Virus record (IMG/VR): IMGVR_UViG_3300030433_001629
Coordinates: 1-28,894 of that record
DNA: 28,894 nucleotides
Reading direction: 5' to 3' (one strand)
Origin: a virus
Lineage: Duplodnaviria; Caudoviricetes
Part shown: in pieces, positions 1 to 7,824 of the stretch
Layout: every line of letters begins with the position of its first letter
Position numbering within the stretch: position 1 is the stretch's first letter
Notes under the pieces: model-generated
What the model saw: only the letters and a program-made list of their open reading frames with translations
What the model was told of the DNA's origin: nothing
Database searches by the model: none
Position numbers and translations under genes: made by a program

Positions 1-99
1 AGCGTGTCATTCATCTTCGCTTGGTGGCTCGGGGTTGATGTCGACCAGGTACTCGTAAAGCAGAGCAGCGATTTGTCGGACGGATGTACGCACCTCTTC
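1..99. repeat. Terminal direct repeat, copy 1 (99 bp; circular assembly overlap)
   Basis: Bases 1-99 are identical to 28796-28894; 99 is a common assembler k-mer length; the reading frames continue across the junction. Confidence 0.95.
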
Positions 100-198
100 T
101 GGTGTAGCGTCTTCGCTCGGGATGTAGTCCAGGAGCACCTTGATGCCTTCTGGGGTCCATTCCACGTGAGGGATTATCTCTTCTTTGGTGTGGCTCAT
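7..198 (-). CDS. Hypothetical protein, 63 aa (MSHTKEEII...)
   Basis: ATG at 198 overlaps the fibre gene stop (ATGA); its own stop overlaps the start region of the 28600-28809 gene across the junction. The ORF-track start at 390 lies inside the fibre gene. Confidence 0.7.
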   Translation of the reverse strand: MSHTKEEIIPHVEWTPEGIKVLLDYIPSEDATPEEVRTSVRQIAALLYEYLVDINPEPPSEDE

Positions 199-1409
199 GT
201 CACAAAAAGTTGATAGTTCATCGGGAAGTAACGGGTCGTCACGCCTGTGTAGGTAAACAGCGCCGTAGCAAAGACGTAATCGTTGGCGGCAACGCTGACC
301 CCGTTGGTTGAGTGCAGGCGTAGGGGAATGATATTCTCGTTGCTTGAGGGAACTGTGACAGACGTGCTTGCCACCAAGGTCCCGGTCCATGCGCTGTCGT
401 AGGTGCCGTTCGTGATGGCTGTGACCTCATCGCTGCCAATCTTCCACACGTAGTAGTAGATGGTCGTGCCGCGCGTCTCTGAGGCACTGGGGTTCTCGTG
501 CACCCCGCTTATGCTGATGGTTCCCGCCTTGGGCACGCGCACCAGGCCGTTGGCAATGTTGTAACCAATCCCTGAGCTGAAGGTGGATGTTCCTGGCGTG
601 CCTGCATCGGTGATGCTGTTAGCGCCGCTGAAGACGTCCGTGGCCCACGCGTAGTAGTGCATGCCAAGCGATCCGGCGAGAATCAGGTGGTTCGCGGATT
701 GGTCGTCTGCCCCCCCCACTTGGATGCGGCCACCTGCGTGCGCAATCAGGGTCGGGGTGCTCCCGCCCTGTGCAGTCCACGATAGGTTACCACTGCCGTC
801 TGTCTTCAGCACTTGGTCAGCATCGCCATCGTTGCTCGGCAGGGTCAATGTGTATGATGCACCCTCACTATGCGCAGGGCTTTTAATGGTTATGCCGTGT
901 GAGTTTTGCGCACAGTTCAGTTTGATAGCACCGGGGTTGTCGTCTGAACCTCCGCCCACATTACCGCGAACTTCTAACACACCTGTGCCACTCGCTGCAA
1001 CTTTTACATTGCCATTGCTTGTTGTGGTGCTGATGACATTCGTTTGACAATCAAGGTTGCCAGTTAGTTGTGCGCTTGATGCCATCAATGCGCCCGCAGA
1101 GGCTACGTTCGTTGCATCCGTCACGTCGGCATTTGCTTCGATTGCGTCGAGCTTGGTCTTGTCTGCTGCTGACATTGACCCGGCAGCGTGACCCGTCGCA
1201 GCTGTAATGCTGATGGCAGGTGTGGTGCCTTCGCTTGAGACGATTGGTGCGGTCCCCGTCACAGAGGACACTCCTCCTCCGGATCCGGCAGGGAGGTTTT
1301 GTACCTGTATCTTCTTAGTCGTCGACGTGCTCGTGTCGACAATCACCAGGAGGTCGTCGTTCGCTGTTGTCGTCAGCTCTGTCAGGTCGCTGATTTTTGT
1401 ATTTGCCAT
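195..1409 (-). CDS. Putative tail fibre / receptor-binding protein, 404 aa
   Basis: N-terminus MANTKISDLTEL, DKTKLDAIEANADVTDATNV repeat-type segment and YTLTLPSNDGDADQVLKTDGSGNLSW module, all typical of marine phage fibres; rich in Gly/Thr/Ser; beta-rich C-terminal domain. Confidence 0.75.
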   Translation of the reverse strand: MANTKISDLTELTTTANDDLLVIVDTSTSTTKKIQVQNLPAGSGGGVSSVTGTAPIVSSEGTTPAISITAATGHAAGSMSAADKTKLDAIEANADVTDATNVASAGALMASSAQLTGNLDCQTNVISTTTSNGNVKVAASGTGVLEVRGNVGGGSDDNPGAIKLNCAQNSHGITIKSPAHSEGASYTLTLPSNDGDADQVLKTDGSGNLSWTAQGGSTPTLIAHAGGRIQVGGADDQSANHLILAGSLGMHYYAWATDVFSGANSITDAGTPGTSTFSSGIGYNIANGLVRVPKAGTISISGVHENPSASETRGTTIYYYVWKIGSDEVTAITNGTYDSAWTGTLVASTSVTVPSSNENIIPLRLHSTNGVSVAANDYVFATALFTYTGVTTRYFPMNYQLFVT

Positions 1410-1470
1410 GCTTCTTCAGGTAGGTGATGAGGCGCTCCGTGTTCGTTCGCCTGGGTTTGTATTCCTTCAT
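1315..1470 (-). CDS. Small basic ORF, 51 aa (MKEYKPRRTNTERLITYLKK...)
   Basis: Hand-translated; ATG overlaps the upstream TAA (TAATG) and fills the 1410-1469 gap; its 3' half overlaps the fibre gene out of frame. Confidence 0.45.
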   Translation of the reverse strand: MKEYKPRRTNTERLITYLKKHGKYKNQRPDRADDNSERRPPGDCRHEHVDD

Positions 1471-2036
1471 TAATAGACGGGTCCAATCAGGGCACGCAAC
1501 TTCGCCTCTCGGATGCGATCGCCTGGGTTGTAGTCGACGTTGAGTCCCTGGGTGTAGTTTCTCCTGTTGCGCTTGTACTCGCCGCTGGACTCTGTGTCGA
1601 GTGTGGGGTAGAGCGTAGGGTTGTTGTCCAAGTAATCGATGAGTCGTTCAAGGTGGAACTGCCCCAGTTCAAGCGCTCGGTTCATCAGCGGTTTGAGGTC
1701 TGCGTAGCTTGCGCTTGTGCTTTGCTCGGAATCCATGACCGTGACGCTGTTGTTCACCACGCGCACGCGAATCAAAGGCAGCGCCTCTGCGTAGGCCAAA
1801 AATACGAGCGCAGGTTGGATGTAGCTTCTCAGGAGCGTCTCCTCGTTTCCGTTGAGCGTGGCTCCGCTAATCCCTCCTTGCAAGGTTTCGAACAGCTTCT
1901 CACCCAAGGCGGGCAGGATGTAGCGGTCCTGGGCCATGCGAATCGCAGGGGCGAGGTTGTTGTCGTCCACGGATCCACCGAGGTTGGTCTCCTTCTTGAG
2001 AAGATTGGGGCTAATAAATAGAATTAGGTCACTCAT
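1470..2036 (-). CDS. Putative head-tail adaptor / head completion protein, 188 aa
   Basis: Directly downstream of the portal; LFISPNLLK...SVD...I..AQDRYI.P.LG pattern recalled from Bacteroidota phage head-completion (DUF6712-like) proteins. Confidence 0.6.
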   Translation of the reverse strand: MSDLILFISPNLLKKETNLGGSVDDNNLAPAIRMAQDRYILPALGEKLFETLQGGISGATLNGNEETLLRSYIQPALVFLAYAEALPLIRVRVVNNSVTVMDSEQSTSASYADLKPLMNRALELGQFHLERLIDYLDNNPTLYPTLDTESSGEYKRNRRNYTQGLNVDYNPGDRIREAKLRALIGPVY

Positions 2037-4129
2037 CGTGCGTCGCTTGGGAGGTTAGGGTTGCGTGGTGAGAATCCCTTGCGGGGCATCACGTTGGGTT
2101 GCATAGCCACTCGGCGGTCGTTGACTGGCAGGCGGTACTGCTCTCGTTCTTCAAAGGGCAGATTCCTGATCGTGTCGTTGATCAACTTGCGAGCCTGCGT
2201 CACGCTGATGCGCTTGCTGTCCTTGCGGAGGAAGGTGGCCCTCAGCCAGAAGTGACGGCATCGCGGTCCACCTTTGTAGAGCCAGACGTTGTAGTTGTCG
2301 GATCCGCGCTCTCCAAAGCCTGGGTTGGCATCGGTGACAGCGTCTGGGCTAAGGTCGGGGTCCAAGTCCTCGCGGCGGTAGAACTTTCCGGCTTGCATCA
2401 TCTTGCGACAGAACTCTCGTGTGTTGTCGCGCACGTCGCCTGCGTAGAAGTATCGCACCAAAATCAAGGGGCTGTCGTCTGCGCTCTCTTCGTTGCGCGT
2501 GTCCTGGATCACACTGGCAAAGTTCCAGGTAGCGTTCAGCGTGCTCTCCGTGTTGTAGTTCACCTCGCGCTCGTCGATTAGTTCGTACTTGCTCTCATCG
2601 ATGTCCTCACCCAGGGCGATGAGTTTGTCGGCGACGTGACCGGGAGTGTTTAAGTCTTGCCGTGGATCACGGCTGTTGTCCTTCTTTTTCAGTGCTGACA
2701 AGCGCTCGATGGCTTTCGTAGCGTCTGCTCCTTCTTGGAACAAAGCTTCAGCCACCTGTGGGTCAAACTGGAGCATTTGAATCAAGAAGACGGTTGCTTG
2801 CTCTTTGGTAATGAGACCCTCTCCCACCTTGATGATGATGTCAAGCGCCGACGCAATTTGAGCGCCGTTGTAGGAGGCTTCTTTGTCCTGGGCTACTGCC
2901 TCTGCTGCTTTCTCTGTTGGTGCTTCCTGTGGGCTTGCAGTGTCCTCCTCGACATCCGTCACTCCCTCTTTGGCTTGGTCTTCTGGAGTCATCACCTCCA
3001 CCGCTTCCACGTCTATGAAGTTGGCAGGCTGTAGCGGCTTGATAAATAGGTCGAGTTCAATGCCGTTAATCTGGGCAAGCATGCCGATGCACTCCAGAAT
3101 CAAGTTCTGAAACGGCAGCACGACGGTCTGTGAAAACAGGCTATAGCTGTCTCGCAGTTCATCCGCGTTGTTTCCGAATCCAGTACCATCTCCTCGCACT
3201 CCAAACAACAGCGGACTTGTGACTCGGTGTCCGGCGAGGATTTTGGTTGTTGTCTCCTGGGACAGGAACTGGTACATGCCTTCTGCGTCATTGGCTGATA
3301 TGCTTTCGATTTGAGGTTGGTTGTCGTTGCCGTCGCTAAAGCTGATAAGCAGTCGCCCTGCGTTGGACGTTCCGCTGAACTTCTCGTTGACTTTGCGCTC
3401 AATCTCGCGGCGCTCCTCATCGGTAGGGATGCCGTTGTTAAAATTCAGAAGCATCGAAGGGAAGAGTCCGTTCTTGATGTTGTTCAAGTGGAACACTCCG
3501 ATCTCCCTGTCGAGCTCGATGTAGTTGGTGCTTCCCACGTAGTCAGGTAGCCCGTAGTAGTAGATGCCTGGTTGGTATGCTTTGATTTGCAGAATCTGCG
3601 CGGCTTGCGTGCGGTCCTCCAGGCTGAAGGCAGGGTAGGCCCGTGGATGATATTGCTTTTGCTTGATTGCGTCCCACCGTGCGCTGACGTAGTAGGTCTT
3701 GACCACGCCGTCTGCGTTAGCCTTGCCGGATCGCACGTTGCTTGAGCTGATGTGGCGCATCTCGGCGATGCCTGTTCTGCTTCGGTTCCAGATGACCTGG
3801 ATGTAGGCCATGCCGTACAGCTTCATGTCGAAACTCAAACGGCGCACCAGGTCGTCACTCGACTTCTCCATTAACCCAGAGAACTTGAGCCACTGCTCTC
3901 GCTTGCCTGCGTTCTGCAATCGGTCCGTTGCATCGATTCCCTCGCCTGCAATCATCTCAGCCACGCCATTGACCACAGCTGTGTGGATGGAGCTGCCCAG
4001 GTAGAGGTCACGGAGGTAGTCGCCGTACAGGTTGTCGAATCCGTAGTTAATCCACTCGCTTCCGGGCTGCTCTTCAAAAAGGGGCAGCTCGTGAGTAGGC
4101 AGGTCGTAAATGGAGAAGTTGTGCTTCAT
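2033..4129 (-). CDS. Portal protein with long C-terminal extension (MuF/minor-head-like motif), 698 aa
   Basis: WINYGFDNLY, YYGLPDY, GTSNAG and AGHRVTSPLLFGV motifs of PBSX/HK97-type Bacteroidota phage portals; the C-terminal region has REFCRKM and YKGGPRCRHFW. Confidence 0.85.
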   Translation of the reverse strand: MKHNFSIYDLPTHELPLFEEQPGSEWINYGFDNLYGDYLRDLYLGSSIHTAVVNGVAEMIAGEGIDATDRLQNAGKREQWLKFSGLMEKSSDDLVRRLSFDMKLYGMAYIQVIWNRSRTGIAEMRHISSSNVRSGKANADGVVKTYYVSARWDAIKQKQYHPRAYPAFSLEDRTQAAQILQIKAYQPGIYYYGLPDYVGSTNYIELDREIGVFHLNNIKNGLFPSMLLNFNNGIPTDEERREIERKVNEKFSGTSNAGRLLISFSDGNDNQPQIESISANDAEGMYQFLSQETTTKILAGHRVTSPLLFGVRGDGTGFGNNADELRDSYSLFSQTVVLPFQNLILECIGMLAQINGIELDLFIKPLQPANFIDVEAVEVMTPEDQAKEGVTDVEEDTASPQEAPTEKAAEAVAQDKEASYNGAQIASALDIIIKVGEGLITKEQATVFLIQMLQFDPQVAEALFQEGADATKAIERLSALKKKDNSRDPRQDLNTPGHVADKLIALGEDIDESKYELIDEREVNYNTESTLNATWNFASVIQDTRNEESADDSPLILVRYFYAGDVRDNTREFCRKMMQAGKFYRREDLDPDLSPDAVTDANPGFGERGSDNYNVWLYKGGPRCRHFWLRATFLRKDSKRISVTQARKLINDTIRNLPFEEREQYRLPVNDRRVAMQPNVMPRKGFSPRNPNLPSDAR

Positions 4130-4647
4130 TCGTAGTAGGTGTACGTGTTCTCAGTTCTTGCGGGCGTGTAGCTCGTCACGGTTGGCAAGGCGAACGCGTT
4201 AGATTCTTGTTTGATAAATGCCACCCCTTCATCGATGACGTTGCTGACTCCGGCGCTTGAATTCTTCGGATCCACGTTTCCGGTGATGTCCGTTTGGTAT
4301 CGCACTTCGTAGGTGTACATGCCTGGTGGGGTTGACGGGCCACTCAAATCTACGGATCCTCCAAAGCTATCGCTGTAAGTCTGGGCGGTGTTTGAAGCAC
4401 GGACCGGAAACTTGATGCATCGCTTGGTGAAGAACACCTGCCCTTGTCGAATGTCACCCGAGGCATAGTGGACCGTGTGGTTCGTCGTAGCGCTCGTCAG
4501 AGACAATAGAAACGACCCGGCGGTGGGTAGGGTCGACTTTGGAAATTGAGCGGCTGTATCGCTCTTAAAAAGCTCCCACCCCGTCAGGTAGATCGTCGTG
4601 GTGACAACGCTCGAGCCTGTGATTGGATTTGCCTGAATGACTATCAT
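4126..4647 (-). CDS. Hypothetical virion protein, 173 aa
   Basis: Lies between tail tube and portal, coupled to the portal by ATGA; GMYTYEVRYQ...VIDEG beta-rich pattern. Confidence 0.65.
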   Translation of the reverse strand: MIVIQANPITGSSVVTTTIYLTGWELFKSDTAAQFPKSTLPTAGSFLLSLTSATTNHTVHYASGDIRQGQVFFTKRCIKFPVRASNTAQTYSDSFGGSVDLSGPSTPPGMYTYEVRYQTDITGNVDPKNSSAGVSNVIDEGVAFIKQESNAFALPTVTSYTPARTENTYTYYE

Positions 4648-4655
4648 CTAATTAG

Positions 4656-4680
4656 AGATATAAATGCTTCCCGTTCGTCC
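4656..4680 (-). promoter_or_regulatory. Candidate late promoter (GGACGAAC-N9-TTATATCT)
   Basis: Sits just after a terminator and 8 nt before the ATG at 4647; the same motif recurs before other late genes. Confidence 0.55.
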
Positions 4681-4682
4681 TG

Positions 4683-4716
4683 AAAAAGAAAGAGCCCGAC
4701 CGTAGTCGAGCCCTTT
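4683..4716 (-). terminator. Rho-independent terminator after the major tail gene
   Basis: Minus strand reads AAAGGGCTCGAC-TACG-GTCGGGCTCTTTCTTTTT: a GC-rich stem with G-U pairs, a cUACGg tetraloop and a U tract. Confidence 0.85.
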
Positions 4717-4740
4717 CCGATTCACCAAAACCAAAACCAA

Positions 4741-5322
4741 TTATGTACCTACGGTGATTGTGATGTTCGATGCCTCGTCGGTGAGTCCATCGAATGGGTA
4801 CTTCGTAGTTGCCGGACCCGCTGTGGCAGGTAGCTGATAGTACGGCTTGTTCTCGTTTGCCACGAAGTTAAGAGTCACACCTGTGAGCTCAGTTCGTGTT
4901 GCTCCACTCGTAATTGTGCCTCCTGTCAGGTAGCATCCCTCTTCGGCTCCGAAGATGAAGACGTTGTCGTTGTTGTCCAGGACCGCAATCTGTGGGCGGT
5001 TCTTAGACAGCAGCTCAATCTGAGCCGCGTCCACAACTGTGATCTTCTGAAGGACTACAGACAGGGTTTGCTCGTACAGGAACGTGCCAGTCAAGGGGTC
5101 GCCTTGGACGTTGACTGTGAAGCTCGACAAGTCTTGCCTCAAGTCATACTGTAGGAACGTGCGAGCGCTGCCGATAGAATCGATTTCGTTCGCGTTCGTG
5201 CTGTCCAAAGTTGCAGCTGAGATGAAGTCCGAAGCATAGTCGTTCAGGAAGAACACCTTCTTCAGGCCACCCAGCTGGTCCTTGCAATCGACCAGACGTC
5301 CTTTTGTGATCGTGCAAGCCAT
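4741..5322 (-). CDS. Major tail (tube) protein, 193 aa
   Basis: MACTITKGR..CKD..GGLK N-terminus with GTFLYEQTL and TITSG...LTG motifs typical of Bacteroidota siphophage tail tube proteins; follows the capsid gene. Confidence 0.75.
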   Translation of the reverse strand: MACTITKGRLVDCKDQLGGLKKVFFLNDYASDFISAATLDSTNANEIDSIGSARTFLQYDLRQDLSSFTVNVQGDPLTGTFLYEQTLSVVLQKITVVDAAQIELLSKNRPQIAVLDNNDNVFIFGAEEGCYLTGGTITSGATRTELTGVTLNFVANENKPYYQLPATAGPATTKYPFDGLTDEASNITITVGT

Positions 5323-5328
5323 CCGTTA

Positions 5329-6285
5329 TTAGTTAGCGGATGTAGTGCAAGAAACAACGTCGAGAGGAGTTCCAACTCCAACGCCTGCGGCAAACTTGCC
5401 GTAGATGCGGATGTTGTCAGAACCGTCGACTGGCGTGCGGTTGATCACTCCGAGGTTGCTCCAGTCCGTGAGGAGGTTGGTAGCAAAGTGGAGGTTGCTC
5501 TCGTACGTCAGCAGGATCGTGCCTGCGGGCAAGCCTGGGCAGACGTGGATCGGCGTGCCGAGGTAGTCGAACGGAATGTTTCCGCCGTACTGGTCGTAGC
5601 TAATGCTAAAGCCTCCGCTTGCAGAAAGGTTCTGCTTGTAGAAGCTGCCCACGTCAGTTGAAACGTAGAACGCGAGGTCAGCCTTGCTCAAGATAGCAGA
5701 GCGGTCAGACGCTGCCTTGCTGTAGGCTGCGTTGAAGCCCTTGGCAATCACGTTGCTGCCGTCGAAGGCCGTGTCACTCTGTGTGTGAGTGGTTTCACCT
5801 GGGCGAATGACACCAGAGGTTCCGTCGCGGAATCCGAGCAGAGCGTTGCTGCCGTTTCCGTTCCAGAGGCCGTTCTCCACCTGCTCGGCGATGATGGCCG
5901 CGTAGTAGGCGATGATGTACTCCTCAAACTGTGGAGCGATGCGTCCGTTGATGTGGCTGCCCATGGACTCAGCTTCCCACGAAGTACGGAGGGTCTTCTT
6001 GCAGAGGTCGGCTCCGAACATCAACTCCTTGAGCTCGATCGTGTTGTCGGCCAGGGTCGTGGTCGTAGTTTCTGCGAAGTCACACGTAGCATCTGCGAGG
6101 TTGCCATCCGTGCTCACCGTCTGAAGCGACAGCTTGTGTTGGATGTTCTCGTGGATTGTAATCCAATTGTTGGCAAGCGTGGCACCCGACTTGAGTGCCG
6201 CTGAAAGGTACGGGTAGGCTGCCTGGCCTGCGTAGGTCTGGTTGACTACTACGTCCCCGAACTCGTACTTTTTGTTCTTAGACAT
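5329..6285 (-). CDS. Major capsid protein, 318 aa (start MSKNKKYEF)
   Basis: Follows protease and scaffold; TYAGQAA..Y, DATCDF, DLCKK...WEA and LWNG motifs; ATG at 6285 lies 8 nt inside the scaffold 3' end. Confidence 0.85.
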   Translation of the reverse strand: MSKNKKYEFGDVVVNQTYAGQAAYPYLSAALKSGATLANNWITIHENIQHKLSLQTVSTDGNLADATCDFAETTTTTLADNTIELKELMFGADLCKKTLRTSWEAESMGSHINGRIAPQFEEYIIAYYAAIIAEQVENGLWNGNGSNALLGFRDGTSGVIRPGETTHTQSDTAFDGSNVIAKGFNAAYSKAASDRSAILSKADLAFYVSTDVGSFYKQNLSASGGFSISYDQYGGNIPFDYLGTPIHVCPGLPAGTILLTYESNLHFATNLLTDWSNLGVINRTPVDGSDNIRIYGKFAAGVGVGTPLDVVSCTTSAN

Positions 6286-7027
6286 TTTGAAAGATTGAAT
6301 TGCGGACTCTGTCCTGGATTGATTGATTTGAAAACTCTTGCTTCTTCTTGCCCTGCACGGATCCGACCATGTCGGCGAATCCTTCTGGGGTGACTGCTGC
6401 GGGTTCTGCACCCGGCTCCTCCTCCAGTCGTTGGAGGCGTGTGAGGATGGCCTCGAAGCCGTTGTTCACCTCCTTGGCGAATGCGGCAAAGTCGGCGCTC
6501 ATTTCCTCCTTCTTCTTCTCTTCTTCGTGGCCTCCCGCCTCTACCTCCTTCACCTTGTAAACGTCGGAAACGAAGGCAGCGATTTCTTTGGCCTTCTCTT
6601 CGGCCACTTCAAAGCGGGACACCAAGGCGGCGAGAACCTCTTCGTACTCGAGCTCCTCTTTTTTCTCTTCCTCCTCCAACTTCTTTTCCTCTTTGTCGTC
6701 CTCGTGCTTCGCGAGGTCTTCCTTCTTCTCGTCCTTCTCCAGTTCCTTCTCGTCGTCCTTCTCAAGCTCTTTCTCTTCGTGCTCTTCGAGCGCGATGCGT
6801 CCGTCGGCATCAACGGTAAACCCAGAGCCCTCTTCGAGCTTGTAGGTACCTGCTTCAAGTTTCGACGTGGATCCGTCGTCACCAATCACCTTGACCTCAG
6901 CGCCTGCTGAGAACTCGTCGGCTTCGGTTGCCACTGTGCGCCCGTCGTCCAGGCGTGCTTCTTTGTAGAGCTGTGTAGGCTCGTTGAGGGAGCGTACTGC
7001 CTCTTGGATTTTTTCAAGAACGTTCAT
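6278..7027 (-). CDS. Capsid scaffolding protein, 249 aa
   Basis: Very acidic, E/K-rich coiled-coil; LDDG...GTYKLEEG motif; located between protease and capsid genes. Confidence 0.75.
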   Translation of the reverse strand: MNVLEKIQEAVRSLNEPTQLYKEARLDDGRTVATEADEFSAGAEVKVIGDDGSTSKLEAGTYKLEEGSGFTVDADGRIALEEHEEKELEKDDEKELEKDEKKEDLAKHEDDKEEKKLEEEEKKEELEYEEVLAALVSRFEVAEEKAKEIAAFVSDVYKVKEVEAGGHEEEKKKEEMSADFAAFAKEVNNGFEAILTRLQRLEEEPGAEPAAVTPEGFADMVGSVQGKKKQEFSNQSIQDRVRNSIFQNV

Positions 7028-7047
7028 TGCAATGGGTTTTCATCTGT

Positions 7048-7071
7048 AGATATAAGGGGACTCTGTTTTGT
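7048..7071 (-). promoter_or_regulatory. Candidate late promoter (ACAAAAC-N9-TTATATCT)
   Basis: Fills the short gap before the scaffold/capsid genes; matches the recurring motif. Confidence 0.6.
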
Positions 7072-7824
7072 TTATTTCCTGCGTTCTTTGGTTTCGGCAT
7101 GCGTCTCGCAGGGCATGTAGTATTTGGTGCCATCGACGCTGTGGATGTGGTGTCCCTTGCACCCGATGGCCTCAGCGTAGAGGTTTGCTGCGCGTGCCGT
7201 CTCGAAAAGTGGATCACCGTCAAGCACCTTGGCCGGGACCAGAGCTTCTCGCACCGCTTCGGCGATGTCTTCTTTGCTCACCTCTTGTTGCATCTTCACC
7301 AGGCGGTCCACGAAGTAGCCCTCAATGGAGAAGCCTTTGTATTCGCCATCCTTGACTCCTTGCCACACTTCGTCGTTGCCCACGTAGACGCTTACCATCC
7401 ACGTTCCTTTGGGCAGGTCGAAGCCGTAGAGGTTGCTCTTGTCCTGGTCCTTGTCTTGGATGATCCAGGACTCAAAAATGGACAAGCCTTGGACGGGCTT
7501 CTCGTGTTCTGCTGTGTAGCTGTCCACGCGCTTTTGCTTCATGAAGAGGGCGGCGGCTTGGGCGACTGTCTCTTTAGAAAAGTAGACGTTGTATTGCTCG
7601 TCCTTCATCTCGTCAAACCGAGGAATCTCTTTGTCTGGAATCAAGGCCGGGCCGACCAGGAGCTGTCGCTCTTCGTCCATCTTGGCTAAAGCATACCGAC
7701 CTGGTTTGCCGTCTCTGTTCATGTAGATGAAGTTCTCCTCGATTGCCGGAAACTGCACGAGGCTGATCGCCTCCACGCCGAAGTCCTCCGTCTCTTCATC
7801 TATGAGTAGTTCCATCAGTCTCAT
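7072..7824 (-). CDS. Prohead serine protease (XkdF-like), 250 aa
   Basis: AISLV..PAIE, GPALIPDK.I.R, EH, ESW, GTWM and KGFSIEG motifs; upstream of scaffold and capsid. Confidence 0.85.
   Translation of the reverse strand: MRLMELLIDEETEDFGVEAISLVQFPAIEENFIYMNRDGKPGRYALAKMDEERQLLVGPALIPDKEIPRFDEMKDEQYNVYFSKETVAQAAALFMKQKRVDSYTAEHEKPVQGLSIFESWIIQDKDQDKSNLYGFDLPKGTWMVSVYVGNDEVWQGVKDGEYKGFSIEGYFVDRLVKMQQEVSKEDIAEAVREALVPAKVLDGDPLFETARAANLYAEAIGCKGHHIHSVDGTKYYMPCETHAETKERRK

Noticed and set aside
1-99. Terminal repeat as a biological DTR
   Set aside because: Its length equals a common assembler k-mer and it falls inside coding sequence; most likely a circularisation overlap.
6286-6411. N-terminal extensions in the ORF track (capsid, terL, terS, phosphoesterase and others)
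   Set aside because: They overlap upstream genes; downstream starts give tight translational coupling.
6650-6780. Purine-rich short repeats in the scaffold gene
   Set aside because: Explained by the E/K/D low-complexity protein sequence.
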